Positions 29,610 to 40,539 of a stretch of DNA of 64,000 nt are shown one piece after another. Source of the stretch: Fimbriimonadales bacterium (lineage in GTDB: Bacteria > Armatimonadota > Fimbriimonadia > Fimbriimonadales > ATM1); the NCBI GenBank assembly GCA_051003155.1, contig JBPCLO010000031.1:64001-128000 (forward strand). The letters are read 5' to 3'. The notes beneath the pieces were generated by a model that saw only the letters and a list, made by a program, of their open reading frames with translations, had not been told where the DNA came from and did not search any database. Made by a program: the position numbers and the translations under genes. The first letter of the stretch is position 1. Each line of letters starts with the position of its first letter.

Positions 29610-31283
29610 TTATACCCTGACTTCTTCCGTTACGCGGCCCGCCCGGTCATGATACGCACTCAATTTGACCCTGCCGGAGCCTTTAAGTGTCCATTCGAAA
29701 ACGTGGCGGTGGTCCGTGCCGTTCAGCTGCCAACCGAATCCTCCCGAGGATACTTCGGACCTTCCCTCCAGCTGTGGGCCTTCCTGCCTCAGCAGGCCGG
29801 ATTCCACCTTCACACCTTTCGGAACTTCGATCTCGCCCACCACTCCGCGGCACAAATTTTTATCCTTGCCAACTTTGGTGACGTATGATGGCAACCATCC
29901 GGTGTTGTCGACCGCGAACTTGATTATCGTCGATTCCCCGGTTTTCTTCGTTTCCACCTTGAACGTCTCGAGCTTCGGCGAGATGAGGGCTTGCCAGACG
30001 ACCCAGTCGACGAAGGGCGCAATTTCGGCCTCCAAGTAGTCGGGCGGGGGGTTTCTAAACGCGTATTGAGGATCCCACCCGCCAAGCTCGACTTTGCCGA
30101 ATTCGGGGTGGTCGAATGTGTACCAATCGACGTGCCCCTTGCCTCCCAGTTTCTCGTCGGACCATTTGAGCAGCTGTTTGTCGTGCTCAAAAGGATGGTC
30201 TCGGAACCAATCGATGTATTTGTAGTCCGTGATCCCGGCTTGGCGCTGAGGCGACCAGATTTCGGTCGTCCAAGCAAACACACCTCGATGCTCGTACATC
30301 CAATCGTCGAAAACGCCGGTGATTACCTCCTTAGGGTGGTACCGAAACTCGTGGTAGTTGCTGATGGCGGGGTAACCCGTCATTTCTTTACCCTTCTCGC
30401 CGATCTTCTGGTAGTTCCACAAGTCTTCGGCCGGGATATCGTCGTCAGGCTTGGTGCTGGGGGGCCGAAGATGAACGCCGCTGAATGTGTGGAAGGTGAC
30501 GGCTCCGCAGATGTTGGGTCTTTTCGAGATCGCGTCCACGAGCGCATGAATCTCTGGTTCGCTGGTGGGAAACGGTCCGGCTCCGTGCTGGTCGCTCTCG
30601 AGCCTCCATCCGCTCGGAAAGTTCCGGTTGAAGTCCAAGCCCTCCTTCGTTCGCTGGCCCCGGACGGTGAGGCCATCGTAGTTGTGATAAATGCCTTCGG
30701 GAAGCAAACGGTAATACTCGCCACCGAATTCGGCGGGTTCACGCCGATCCATTAGACGAGGTTCTTCCTCGCTAACCTTCCACGGTCCGTTGGGATCCTT
30801 AATCCTGATGCTTAGGATCCGCCCGTCTCCGTCCACGTCTTGACGTTCTAGACCATAGAAATCGTCCTCCTCGTATGGATATGGCCGGGTACCGCTTCGG
30901 ATGATCTTGGGGACGTCCGCGAGGGCCCACTCCGCCCCGTCGGGGTTGACCCGTGGAACAAGGTAAAACGCGCGCGTGTCTAGGGCTCTTGTGATCGTGT
31001 CGTCCTTGCCGTAGGATGTGAGGAGTTTGTTCAGGACGTAGAGAACCGCCGCGCTGGCGCTGACCTCGCTCGCGTGGATGTTCCCGTCGCACCAGAACGC
31101 TGGTTTGTCTTTCGCAGCTCCTGTCTTGGAATTCGTGACCGCGACCAGCAAGATTTTCCTGCCTTCTTGGCTCTTTCCGATCACTTCTACCGTGACCAAC
31201 TTCGGGTACTCCTTGGCGAACCCCCTTACCAGTTTCGTAAGGTCATCGTGTCGATAGTAGCGGTTGAATTCAATGGCGGGCAT
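29610..31283 (-). CDS. M14 zinc carboxypeptidase
   Basis: GNIHASE, VNPDG, DFNRNF, SEPE, TFHTFSG. Confidence 0.9.
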   Translation of the reverse strand: MPAIEFNRYYRHDDLTKLVRGFAKEYPKLVTVEVIGKSQEGRKILLVAVTNSKTGAAKDKPAFWCDGNIHASEVSASAAVLYVLNKLLTSYGKDDTITRALDTRAFYLVPRVNPDGAEWALADVPKIIRSGTRPYPYEEDDFYGLERQDVDGDGRILSIRIKDPNGPWKVSEEEPRLMDRREPAEFGGEYYRLLPEGIYHNYDGLTVRGQRTKEGLDFNRNFPSGWRLESDQHGAGPFPTSEPEIHALVDAISKRPNICGAVTFHTFSGVHLRPPSTKPDDDIPAEDLWNYQKIGEKGKEMTGYPAISNYHEFRYHPKEVITGVFDDWMYEHRGVFAWTTEIWSPQRQAGITDYKYIDWFRDHPFEHDKQLLKWSDEKLGGKGHVDWYTFDHPEFGKVELGGWDPQYAFRNPPPDYLEAEIAPFVDWVVWQALISPKLETFKVETKKTGESTIIKFAVDNTGWLPSYVTKVGKDKNLCRGVVGEIEVPKGVKVESGLLRQEGPQLEGRSEVSSGGFGWQLNGTDHRHVFEWTLKGSGRVKLSAYHDRAGRVTEEVRV

Positions 31284-31317
31284 TTGCGCATTATACGATA
31301 GCGGCTAAACTGTACTC
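31284..31317. promoter_or_regulatory. Back-to-back leaderless-type -10 boxes
   Basis: TATAAT (minus, 31295-31290) 6 nt before ATG 31283; TAAACT (31306-31311) 6 nt before GTG 31318. Confidence 0.6.
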
Positions 31318-32964
31318 GTGCAGCAACTCAAAGTCATCCCGCTTGGCGGGTGCGGCGAAATCGGCAAAAACATGACCGTTGTCGAGCAAGGGGACGACAT
31401 CATCGTCATCGACGCCGGGCTCAGCTTTCCTACGGAGGATATGCATGGGGTCGATATCGTCATCCCTGACATCACGTACCTCAAGGAAAACCGCAAACGC
31501 ATCAGAGGAATCGTTCTGACGCACGGCCACGAAGACCATGTCGGCGCCCTCGCCTACATTATCGGCGATTTGAAAGTGCCGGTTTACGGTAGCCGCCTCA
31601 CCATCGAGCTTGCCAAACGAAAGCTCTACGAGCGATTCCCGGATAAAGAGCTCAACCTGAAGGTGATGAAACCGGAGGAATCGTTCACGCTGGGCAGCTT
31701 TGAAGTAGAACCGATCCACGTAACTCACAGCCTGCCAGATTCCTACGCTATCGCCCTTTGGACGCAGATAGGAATCGTCCTTTTCACGGGCGATTTCAAG
31801 TTCGATTTTACTCCCATCGACGGAAAATTAACGGAAATGTCCCGACTTGGCGAATTAGGGGATGAGGGGGTCGCGCTGTTGCTAAGCGATTCGACCAATT
31901 CGGAGTCGGTCGGATGGAGCCCGAGTGAACGAGTTGTCACCGATGGCTTTCGCAATGTCTTTGCCAATGCGCAGGGTCGAGTATTAATTACGACGTTTGC
32001 GAGCAATATTCACCGCATGCAGCAAGCCTTCAATGTCGCCCAGGAGATGGGCCGAATGGTAGCCGTGGCCGGCAGGCGCATGGAACAAACGATTTCGATC
32101 GCAAACTCGCTCAAAATGATCCAGCTGCCCGAAGACACGTATATTCCGCTCGAAGGTTGTGATAAGTTCGATGATCGCGAGATCGTAATCTTGACGACCG
32201 GGTCGCAAGGGGAGCCGCTTGCCGCCCTTAATCGAATGGCCAACGAGGAATACCCTCGCATGAAAATTAGGCCGGGCGATACGGTAGTTTATTCCGCGAG
32301 ACCTATCCCTGGAAACGAGGCGGCAATTTGGCAAACTGTAAATCGTTTGTTCCGCCAGGGAGCCAAAGTCGTCTACGGGCGCGATGCGAAGGTGCACGTC
32401 AGCGGCCACGCGTATGCCGAAGAACTAAAGATGATGATCAATTTGACGCGACCTCATTACATCGCGCCGGTTCATGGTGAGCCCCGGCATCAGGCCGCGT
32501 ACTCTCGTCTTGCGCAGGAAATGGGTTACTCCGAGGAAAGCATCATCGTCTTGGACAACGGATCACAGCTGGTGGTCGAAAAGGACGGCGCCTACATGGC
32601 CGACCGCGTGCCTTGTGGGCGCGTCTTGGTCGACAGCAGCGGCTATGCAGGCGTCACCGACGAACTACTTCGCGACAGGCGCAACCTCGCCAGCGATGGC
32701 GTGGTATTCGTGAACGTTGCCATCGATTCCGATGCCGGCAAAATCGTTGGCTCTCCCGATCTAGTCACCAAGGGTGTGATGGCCCCGAACGGAGAAATCG
32801 ACCGACTCAAGGAAGTTTTGGACGACTTACTCCGGAACCTTTCCCGGGCTGAGCTAAAGGACACCGCCGGCGTGCATCAGGATGTAAGCGACGTCACCAG
32901 AAAGTTCTTGAAAAAGACGATGAACAAGCGGCCGCTGGTGGTGGCGTCGGTCGTGGACGTCTAG
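31318..32964 (+). CDS. rnj: Ribonuclease J
   Basis: PLGGCGEIGKNM, THGHEDHVG, TGDFKFD, TGSQGEP, HVSGHA. Confidence 0.96.
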   Translation: MQQLKVIPLGGCGEIGKNMTVVEQGDDIIVIDAGLSFPTEDMHGVDIVIPDITYLKENRKRIRGIVLTHGHEDHVGALAYIIGDLKVPVYGSRLTIELAKRKLYERFPDKELNLKVMKPEESFTLGSFEVEPIHVTHSLPDSYAIALWTQIGIVLFTGDFKFDFTPIDGKLTEMSRLGELGDEGVALLLSDSTNSESVGWSPSERVVTDGFRNVFANAQGRVLITTFASNIHRMQQAFNVAQEMGRMVAVAGRRMEQTISIANSLKMIQLPEDTYIPLEGCDKFDDREIVILTTGSQGEPLAALNRMANEEYPRMKIRPGDTVVYSARPIPGNEAAIWQTVNRLFRQGAKVVYGRDAKVHVSGHAYAEELKMMINLTRPHYIAPVHGEPRHQAAYSRLAQEMGYSEESIIVLDNGSQLVVEKDGAYMADRVPCGRVLVDSSGYAGVTDELLRDRRNLASDGVVFVNVAIDSDAGKIVGSPDLVTKGVMAPNGEIDRLKEVLDDLLRNLSRAELKDTAGVHQDVSDVTRKFLKKTMNKRPLVVASVVDV

Positions 32965-34040
32965 TCCGTAGCTTCTACCGGCGACGTCGCCGCAATTTCG
33001 CGCAACACTTGAATTGCGCCTAGAATCACGCTGAGCAAAACCGGGCCGACAAGCAACCCGACAGGGCCAATCGTAACAATTCCACCGAAAATCGCGAAAA
33101 ATACGGCCATCGGATGGAGCTTTACGCGGTGCCCGATAATGATGGGGCGGAAAATATTGTCGATTAGACCTATCACGCCAACACCAATAATCGCAAGTAT
33201 GATCGCCCGACCCCATGCCCCTTGGGAGAGCAAAAGTAGGCAGGCGGGAATCCACACGATGGGCGCGCCCGCGAACGGAATCGTGCAGAGGACAATCGTC
33301 GCCATGCCCCAAACCAGGGGTGCCGGCAAGCCGAGCAACCAAAACGTTATTCCGAGCACCGTGCCCTGCATCAGCGCGACGAGCACGATGCCGTAGAACG
33401 TTGCGTGCACCGTGTCGTAAATGGTCGTGAGAATGGCTGCACTTTTGTGGGGCGGCAGAGGGATAAGGTCGGTAGCAGGAGCTCGCAAACGATGTCCGTC
33501 TCGAAGCAGGAAGAACAACAAGAGTAGCGCAAAGACGAACGTCAGCACGCCATGCAGCAGTTTGGTGGCGATCATTGGCGCCGACCCCAACAATGTTCGG
33601 GTTAGCTGCTCAAGCGACTTGCGCAACTCGAAATCTTTGATGCCCAGGTCCAACAAATAGGGCTGAATGGCCGAATCGATATCGTCGATCGCCTTGTTTA
33701 CACTGAGCACTTCCCCACCGGAGGCCGCTTCTTGCGTAATTTGGGCGCGAACGTGATTTATTTCGCCGAAAATTGCCAGTCCGATTAGTAGCAGCGGGAG
33801 AACAATGAACAAAAGTGTCAAAATCGTCGTAATCGCTGCCGATATTTGGTCCCCGAGGCGACTGTTAATTCTCTTGTGGATCGGATGGACAAGAATAGCC
33901 AGCGCAACGCCCCAGGCAATCGAATGCCAAAACGGAATGATTAGCGTTAGCGCAACAATCGCCAGAAGGACGCAAGCCACGGCGAAGCCGACCCGCCGAT
34001 ACTTGGCCACTGTGAACATGCCGGTATCGAGTTCTTCCAT
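32961..34040 (-). CDS. AI-2E family transporter
   Basis: Multi-TM; FFLLRDG, IDNIFRP, GPVGLLVGP. Confidence 0.88.
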   Translation of the reverse strand: MEELDTGMFTVAKYRRVGFAVACVLLAIVALTLIIPFWHSIAWGVALAILVHPIHKRINSRLGDQISAAITTILTLLFIVLPLLLIGLAIFGEINHVRAQITQEAASGGEVLSVNKAIDDIDSAIQPYLLDLGIKDFELRKSLEQLTRTLLGSAPMIATKLLHGVLTFVFALLLLFFLLRDGHRLRAPATDLIPLPPHKSAAILTTIYDTVHATFYGIVLVALMQGTVLGITFWLLGLPAPLVWGMATIVLCTIPFAGAPIVWIPACLLLLSQGAWGRAIILAIIGVGVIGLIDNIFRPIIIGHRVKLHPMAVFFAIFGGIVTIGPVGLLVGPVLLSVILGAIQVLREIAATSPVEATD

Positions 34041-35027
34041 TTACCAGCGAATAATATTCGCGCCCCACACAAGGCCTGCCCCGAAACCGACCGTCATCAC
34101 GACACTGCCCTTCTTCAGCCGCCCCTCTTGTTCCGCTTCGTATAGCGCGACCGGAATGCTTCCGGCGCTCATGTTGCCGTACTTCTGCACGTTGACGTAA
34201 ACCTTCTCGGGCGGCAACCCGAGCCGTTCGGACGCTGCGGATATGATGCGAAGGTTTGCCTGGTGCGGCACAAATAGATCGATTTCGTCCGCGGTCATCC
34301 CGGCTTTTGCCAAGACGGAACAACAGCTGTCGGTCATGGCCTTAACCGCAAATCGATAGACCTCCTGGCCAGCCATGAAAAGGTACGGGCTCAATTCGCT
34401 TTCAGCGATTTTGCTCGCCGGACTCAAGGACCCGCCGACCTTCATATGAATGTGCCGAGCGCCAGAACCGTCGGACTTGATAACCGTCGCGATGAGCCCA
34501 CGATCCTCTGCGCCGGCTTCCATATAGATGGCGCCTCCGCCGTCGCCGAACAAAATGCACGTCGATCTGTCCGTCCAGTCCACGAGCTTGGTCAGTACAT
34601 CGACTCCGACGATTACGGCATTGTTAATGCTGCCCGCACGGATCATCGAGGCCGCAATTTCCGTGGCGTATATAAAACCCGCGCATGCAGCGCCAACATC
34701 GAAAGCTGCAGCGTTATTCGCGCCCAATGCTTCTTGAACGAGGCAGGAAGTGGCCGGAAATACCTGGTCGCCCGTGACGGTTGCGACGATGATGGCCTCG
34801 ACCGTCTCGGGAGAGACCCCGGCTCGACTGAGTGCCTCCTTGGCCGCGTGCGTTGCGAAATACGAGGCGCCTTGGCCGGGCTCTGAGATCCTCCTCTCCT
34901 TAATACCGGTGCGACTGGTTATCCACTGGTCATTGGTGTCGACAAGCTTCTCCAGGTCGGCATTGCTCAGAATTCGCTCCGCAACGCTCATGCCGATCGA
35001 ACGGACAATGGCATTTCTCTTAGACAC
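34041..35027 (-). CDS. fabH: Beta-ketoacyl-ACP synthase III
   Basis: WITSRTGIKERR, AACAGF, FGDGGGA, PHQAN, GNMSAGS. Confidence 0.95.
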   Translation of the reverse strand: MSKRNAIVRSIGMSVAERILSNADLEKLVDTNDQWITSRTGIKERRISEPGQGASYFATHAAKEALSRAGVSPETVEAIIVATVTGDQVFPATSCLVQEALGANNAAAFDVGAACAGFIYATEIAASMIRAGSINNAVIVGVDVLTKLVDWTDRSTCILFGDGGGAIYMEAGAEDRGLIATVIKSDGSGARHIHMKVGGSLSPASKIAESELSPYLFMAGQEVYRFAVKAMTDSCCSVLAKAGMTADEIDLFVPHQANLRIISAASERLGLPPEKVYVNVQKYGNMSAGSIPVALYEAEQEGRLKKGSVVMTVGFGAGLVWGANIIRW

Positions 35028-36027
35028 TGATGGCCTCTCCTTCATTTTTTTTCCCCGCACGATCCGCGATCATCTGAATGAGGTGCCGCTCATGGCCTTT
35101 CTGCGCAAGCATCAAAGCGTTCTTAATTGCCTTCGAATTGCTATGCCCGTGACAAATAAAGCAAATCCCGTCTACTCCCAATAACGGCGCTCCGCCATAC
35201 TCGGAGTAGTCCATCCGTTTTTTCATCCGGTTGATACCGCCTTTCAATAAAATCAGGGGCATACGCATGATCGGATTCTTGGGCATAGAATCCTTGAACA
35301 TCTCTATAACAAAATCACCCAGCCCCTGGGCGGTTTTCAATATCACGTTGCCCACGAAAGCATCGCAAACTACGACGTCGACCCTCCCATCGAAAACGTG
35401 CTTGCCCTCAATATTTCCGACAAAATTCGGTACATGCTTCTTCAGCAGTTTGTACGCTGCCTTCGTGAGCGAGTTGCCCTTCGTTTCCTCCTCGCCAATA
35501 TTCAAAAGCGCGATTTTTGGTTCCTTCACACCGAGCACCGCTTCGGCATACGCGCCCCCCATGATAGCGAACTCGAGTAGGTTGTCCGCGTCAGCATCGG
35601 GAGTTGCGCCGCTGTCGAGCAGGACAAACCTGCCGGTTCGAGAGGGAATAACGGTGGCGATGGCTGGCCGCGAAATGTTCGGAACTGTGCGCCAGAGCAA
35701 ATGAGCAGCCGCAGTCACCGCCCCCGTGTTCCCGGCCGAGATGAAGGCGTCGGCTTCGCCGCGTTTGACCATCTCCGCGCCGACGACGAGCGAAGAACTC
35801 CTTTTCCTGCGAACCGCGCTCGCAGGCTCTTCGTGCATCTCGATCACTTCTGAAGTGGCATGGACCTTGATTTGCTCCGGAAGCTTTGCCGGATGGGCCT
35901 CCTTGATCGCATCGGGATCGCCGACGAGGATGATTTGCCCGTGCATGTCGTGAGCGGCGGCCACCGCGCCCAGCACGATCTCCTTGGGGGCATAGTCGCC
36001 GCCCATCGCGTCGAGTGCGATCCTCAA
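35020..36027 (-). CDS. plsX: Phosphate acyltransferase PlsX
   Basis: IALDAMGGDYAP, SAGNTGA, LLNIGEEETKG, GGAPLLG. Confidence 0.95.
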   Translation of the reverse strand: MRIALDAMGGDYAPKEIVLGAVAAAHDMHGQIILVGDPDAIKEAHPAKLPEQIKVHATSEVIEMHEEPASAVRRKRSSSLVVGAEMVKRGEADAFISAGNTGAVTAAAHLLWRTVPNISRPAIATVIPSRTGRFVLLDSGATPDADADNLLEFAIMGGAYAEAVLGVKEPKIALLNIGEEETKGNSLTKAAYKLLKKHVPNFVGNIEGKHVFDGRVDVVVCDAFVGNVILKTAQGLGDFVIEMFKDSMPKNPIMRMPLILLKGGINRMKKRMDYSEYGGAPLLGVDGICFICHGHSNSKAIKNALMLAQKGHERHLIQMIADRAGKKNEGEAISV

Positions 36028-36548
36028 CGCCCGGACTCCTCTTCGTCGCCCAGCAACTTGCTGAGCGCCTCGAACTCGGGCCGGCCGTGTTCGCCTTCTC
36101 GGTTGCCATCCTCGAGACCCGGGCAGTTCTCGCGGCACAACGGCCTTAGCGGCAGGTTCAGCCAGATTGCCTGGCGGATCAAGTCTTCATATCTCAGTTG
36201 GTTGCCGTCGAACAAGGGGAACGGTTCGGCCTCTTCTTTGACCTCCGCATGCTCGCGGTTGCCGTACCCCGAAGGCGTGCCTTCCACCGAAAACTCCTCG
36301 CTGATGTTGATCGGCACCGACAAATGAACGGGAGTGAGGCACCGGGAGCACTCCATGACAACCCTTGCCGTCAGATCCCCCTTTACTAACAGCCGGTTGC
36401 CAGTGCTAACGGCGTCGAGCGTACCCTCGATAGGCTCCAGGAGGTCGAGATCTTCTTCTTCCTCCAGGCCCGACGAAATATCGTAAACGACGTGCCGTCC
36501 CGGGTGCTGGATCGCGTCGTTCAGGTCGATCAGTTTCGGCTTTCTCAT
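36024..36548 (-). CDS. yceD: YceD/DUF177 family protein
   Basis: CSRCL, PLRPLCRENCPGL; upstream of plsX. Confidence 0.88.
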   Translation of the reverse strand: MRKPKLIDLNDAIQHPGRHVVYDISSGLEEEEDLDLLEPIEGTLDAVSTGNRLLVKGDLTARVVMECSRCLTPVHLSVPINISEEFSVEGTPSGYGNREHAEVKEEAEPFPLFDGNQLRYEDLIRQAIWLNLPLRPLCRENCPGLEDGNREGEHGRPEFEALSKLLGDEEESGR

Positions 36549-36591
36549 CGGAGAAGACGGTATACACGCGAAGTCTACCAGCCTGCTTGCC

Positions 36592-37128
36592 CTACTTAGA
36601 CCTACCGGGCATTGCCGGCTGAGTCGGCCTCTGCATCTCCGACTTGCCCCTTTCGATGGTCGCCATGACCTTGCCGACGACACTTTCTAGGCGGAAAAGC
36701 ACGTCCAGGGCGTAGTCGTCCGCGCCGCGCTTTAGCCTCACGGCTTCGGCTTCGGCCTCGGCCCTCGCGTTCGCAGCGTGGGTCTTTGCCAGCTTAAGGA
36801 TTTCGCTTTCGTGAATCAGCTTTTCCCTCTCAGATTGAGCCTTTTCGACTATCCGGGCCGCTTCTTTGCGGGCCTCGCCGATCAGCTTCTCGCCTTCGGC
36901 GCGCGCGCGCTCGACCGCCGCGGATGCGTCCTCTTTAGCAGAGCCGACGATGCGCTCCGATTCCCGGGTGATCGCCGTCGCTTGCTTCACCTGCTCCGGA
37001 AGGAGCGTCTGAATGCGCCTTAAAAGCACAGCGCACTCGCCCTTGTTCAAGCCGAAAGTTATCCCCATAAACTGACGGGGCTCTTCGATGTACTTTCTCA
37101 AGTCATCAAGCGCGTTCACAATTTCCAT
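36592..37128 (-). CDS. Conserved coiled-coil (DivIVA/SepIVA-like) protein
   Basis: LPEQVKQA...EILKLA...GADDYA; typical position between coaD and yceD. Confidence 0.75.
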   Translation of the reverse strand: MEIVNALDDLRKYIEEPRQFMGITFGLNKGECAVLLRRIQTLLPEQVKQATAITRESERIVGSAKEDASAAVERARAEGEKLIGEARKEAARIVEKAQSEREKLIHESEILKLAKTHAANARAEAEAEAVRLKRGADDYALDVLFRLESVVGKVMATIERGKSEMQRPTQPAMPGRSK

Positions 37129-37132
37129 AGAT

Positions 37133-37612
37133 TCACCTCTTTGCGACTACCGCAAGCCTCTTTTCGACCGGGGCGGGAACGAGATCGCGTATGTCTCCCC
37201 CGAGGGCCGCGACCTCCTTTACAATACTGGACGAAACAAACATGTTTTCTGCGCTTGTCATTAGAAAGACCGTCTCCAGATTCGGAGCAAGCTTCCGGTT
37301 GGTCAGCGCCATCTGAAACTCGTTCTCGAAATCGCTCATGGCTCGCAGGCCTCTCACCAGTACGCTGGCGTTCGAGTTGTGTGCAAATTCGACCAATAAA
37401 CCTGCAAAAGACTCAATCGAAACATTGTCTAGCCCAATGCAGATTGCTTCGAGCATCTCCAGCCTGTCTTCCACAGAGAACAGCAAGTTCTTGGACGAAT
37501 TCCGGCCCACGGCGACGACGAGCCGGTCGAACAGCTTGGACGCGCGAGAGATGATGTCCACGTGCCCGTTCGTCGGCGGATCGAAACTCCCAGGATATAC
37601 GGCGACTCTCAT
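37133..37612 (-). CDS. coaD: Phosphopantetheine adenylyltransferase
   Basis: YPGSFDPPTNGH, VRGLRAMSDFENE, SSSIVKE. Confidence 0.96.
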   Translation of the reverse strand: MRVAVYPGSFDPPTNGHVDIISRASKLFDRLVVAVGRNSSKNLLFSVEDRLEMLEAICIGLDNVSIESFAGLLVEFAHNSNASVLVRGLRAMSDFENEFQMALTNRKLAPNLETVFLMTSAENMFVSSSIVKEVAALGGDIRDLVPAPVEKRLAVVAKR

Positions 37613-39561
37613 TACGATTCCAGGTGCTCGTACTGATCCCTGAGCCCCGCGATCACGGCGGAATCCGCGAGCGTACTTGTGTCCCCCAAAGCGCGCCCTT
37701 CGGCGACATCGCGTAGTAGTCGTCTCATGATCTTGCCGCTGCGCGTCTTCGGCAGGTCGGCGCACAGAAAAATATCGTCAGGTCGCGCGATTGCTCCAAT
37801 CACCTTCACCACGTGCTCTTTTAGAAGGGTGGCGAGCCCGTCCGCATCGTGGCCGCTCCGAATGATTACAAACGCGCTGATCCCTTGACCCTTTAACTCA
37901 TCCGTGCGGCCAATGACCGCCGCTTCGGCAACCGCCGGGTGATCGACGAGCGCGCTTTCGACCTCCATCGTGCTCAGCCGGTGGCCGGCGACGTTCATCA
38001 CGTCATCCACACGTCCGAGCAGCCACAAGTACCCATCCTCGTCGCGCTTTACCCCGTCGCCGGTGAAGTAAACACCTGGGAATCGCTCCCAATACTGGGC
38101 GACGTAGCGTTCGGGGTCGTCGAATATTCCCCGGAGCATCGCCGGCCACGGCCGGGTTAAGACCAAATACCCTCCCCCTTCGCCGACGACCGCGGACCCG
38201 TCCTCCCTGAGTATTTCGGCCTTGATTCCCGGGAACGTCCGCGTCGCCGAGCCAGGTTTGCAAACCGTGATGCCCGGCATCGGCGAGATCAGTATCTGGC
38301 CGGTCTCCGTCTGCCACCAAGTGTCGACCACCGGACAGCGCTCACACCCGATGTTCTTCCAATACCAAACCCAAGCCTCGGGGTTGATGGGCTCGCCGAC
38401 GCTCCCCAGCAGCCTCAAGGACGAGAGGTCGCATCGCGCGGGATACTCATCGCCCCACTTCATGAATGCGCGAATCGCCGTCGGCGCCGTGTACAAGACC
38501 GTGACCTTGTGTTTCTCGACAAGGCGCCAAAAGCGGTCTTTGTCCGGCGTATCCGGAGCGCCTTCATACATCAGAACGGTCGCGCCGTTCGCCAGCGGTC
38601 CGTAGACCACATAGCTGTGCCCCGTGACCCAGCCGCAGTCGGCCGTGCACCAGAAGACATCGTCCTCCTTGTGGTCGAAAATCCACTTGAACGTGGCTGC
38701 CGTGCCCGTCAAGTACCCGCCTGTTGTGTGCACGATACCCTTCGGCTTGCCAGTCGAGCCGCTCGTGTAGAGCGTATAGAGCAGGTCCTCGCTGTCCATT
38801 GGCTCGCATGGGCATTGCGTACTCTGTCGGGCAACGATGTCATGCCACCAAACGTCGCGGCCCTCGACCCACTTGCCTTGGTCGAAGTCGCCTTCACCGA
38901 TGCGCCTTAGCACTAGGCAGCTTTTCACCGACGGGCAGTGCTCCAAAGCCTCGTCGACCGTTCTCTTGAGCTCTATGATCCTGCCGCGCCGCCAGCCGCC
39001 GTCGGCTGTGATCACCGCAACCGCCTTGGCGTCGTTGATTCTCTCGTGCAGAGCCTCCGCCGAGAATCCTCCGAAGACCACGCTGTGAGCCGCGCCGATG
39101 CGGGTGCAGGCGAGCATCGCGATCGCGATCTCCGGAACCATCGGCATATAGATGCAAACGATGTCGCCCTTCCTAACGCCGAGGTCTTTCAAGGCGTTGG
39201 CGGTCTCGGAGACGTCGTCCTTCAGCTTCGCATAGGAGATCGTCCGCGTTTCGCCGGGCTCTCCTTCCCAGATGATCGCGGTCTTCTGCCCGTTCGATGC
39301 GGCATGCCGATCCACGCAGTTGTAGCAGGCGTTAAGCTTGCCGCTCAGGAACCACTTTGCGTGCGGCGGCTTCCAATCGAGTACCGTGTGCCACCTTTCG
39401 AACCAGTCGAGCTTGTCGGCCCAGCCTGCCCAGAAAGCCTCGTAATCCGCGTCGGCCTGCTCGTAGACGCCTGGGTCATCGACAACGGCGTGCGCCACAA
39501 ACTCTGCAGAGGGCGCAAAGAGGCGTCCTTCTTGTAGCAAGGAGGAGATGGTGTCAGACAC
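37612..39561 (-). CDS. acs: Acetyl-CoA synthetase
   Basis: [39 protein letters not shown]. Confidence 0.96.
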   Translation of the reverse strand: MSDTISSLLQEGRLFAPSAEFVAHAVVDDPGVYEQADADYEAFWAGWADKLDWFERWHTVLDWKPPHAKWFLSGKLNACYNCVDRHAASNGQKTAIIWEGEPGETRTISYAKLKDDVSETANALKDLGVRKGDIVCIYMPMVPEIAIAMLACTRIGAAHSVVFGGFSAEALHERINDAKAVAVITADGGWRRGRIIELKRTVDEALEHCPSVKSCLVLRRIGEGDFDQGKWVEGRDVWWHDIVARQSTQCPCEPMDSEDLLYTLYTSGSTGKPKGIVHTTGGYLTGTAATFKWIFDHKEDDVFWCTADCGWVTGHSYVVYGPLANGATVLMYEGAPDTPDKDRFWRLVEKHKVTVLYTAPTAIRAFMKWGDEYPARCDLSSLRLLGSVGEPINPEAWVWYWKNIGCERCPVVDTWWQTETGQILISPMPGITVCKPGSATRTFPGIKAEILREDGSAVVGEGGGYLVLTRPWPAMLRGIFDDPERYVAQYWERFPGVYFTGDGVKRDEDGYLWLLGRVDDVMNVAGHRLSTMEVESALVDHPAVAEAAVIGRTDELKGQGISAFVIIRSGHDADGLATLLKEHVVKVIGAIARPDDIFLCADLPKTRSGKIMRRLLRDVAEGRALGDTSTLADSAVIAGLRDQYEHLES

Positions 39562-39600
39562 GGTCTCCTATTGTGGCCCGAAGGGCAAGGTTTTTGAGCC

Positions 39601-39693
39601 TTACCGCACGATGTTCTGCATGTCGGCGAGCGGGATGTACGTGCTCCCTGTGACTTTTAGCACGGGGGCGCCGAGATTGCGCCAGTTAGAGCC
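39601..39693 (-). pseudogene. Orphan 3' fragment paralogous to the C-terminus of the 40846-41667 gene
   Basis: Translates GSNWRNLGAPVLKVTGSTYIPLADMQNIVR*, compared with GSNWVDLDGFTVRADGRWYAPFDGLENAI*. Confidence 0.5.
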
Positions 39694-39696
39694 CAA

Positions 39697-40539
39697 TTAC
39701 TCAACGATGTCCCACTTATACGCGGAAAGGTCATACGCGCTACCGCCACTGTTTTGCAGCACTTCACAACCAGCTGCCAATTGTCGCAACGTCATCGACT
39801 TCGCCAGTCCGTCCAAGGTGACCAAAACAAAAAAACCGCCGTGCCAATTCCAGCACCCTCCGTGCACGTTCCACGCGTTGGGCGTATCGGGGTTCCAGCC
39901 CCCGAACCAATAGTAGGAACTCGTGCCCTCAGGAAATGGTCGAAGTTCATTCCCGTTTGCGTCCTTGAAACAAGGAGCGTCGACACCGTAATTCCCACCA
40001 CCCGTTGGATTACCCCAAGGATCCCTATTCCAAATTGAATCCACGAACAGAATTGTGTTGGACGGATCCGCAACCTGAGAAAACAGGATCGGCGCCGAGA
40101 ATGTCTCTCCGCCCACGATAACCATAGGGGCAAGCATCTGAACGTTGTATCCGCGATGAGCTTTTATCGACGATGTTATCGGGTCGAATCGCTTCCGCAT
40201 AGTTCCGCCAGTACAGGCGTCTATCCTTAGCGCCGCTACGGCGTCGGGATCGTCGGGGCAGCGATAGTTCATCCAGTTGCCATGATAAGGCAAGAGGAGC
40301 ATTGCCAGGTACACGGAGTCCTCACAGGAGGTAGATAGATCGGACATAATCGGTGGGAGCCTGTCGCCATTGTCTTGGGTATAAAGCATTGCCGCTTGTG
40401 CCACCGCCTCGTTCCGCGACATGCACAAAGAGCCGCCAGCCGCGGCGCTGCGCAGGATCGGCGTGACCACGGCCGTCATTGCGCCTACGATTAGGATGAG
40501 CCACACGAGCGATGATTGTGCAAAACGGTTGTTATTCAT
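39697..40539 (-). CDS. H-X9-DG (DUF1559-like) pilin-related protein lacking a clear prepilin cleavage motif
   Basis: CMSRN...AAMLYTQDN, YRCPDD, PSNTILFVDS, HGGFFVLVTLDGLAK. Confidence 0.75.
   Translation of the reverse strand: MNNNRFAQSSLVWLILIVGAMTAVVTPILRSAAAGGSLCMSRNEAVAQAAMLYTQDNGDRLPPIMSDLSTSCEDSVYLAMLLLPYHGNWMNYRCPDDPDAVAALRIDACTGGTMRKRFDPITSSIKAHRGYNVQMLAPMVIVGGETFSAPILFSQVADPSNTILFVDSIWNRDPWGNPTGGGNYGVDAPCFKDANGNELRPFPEGTSSYYWFGGWNPDTPNAWNVHGGCWNWHGGFFVLVTLDGLAKSMTLRQLAAGCEVLQNSGGSAYDLSAYKWDIVE

Noticed and set aside
29187..31283. Prophage around the Tad1-like gene
   Set aside because: No integrase, structural or replication genes; the flanks are host genes
36020..36030. rpmF between yceD and plsX
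   Set aside because: The two genes overlap, leaving no room; rpmF is not here
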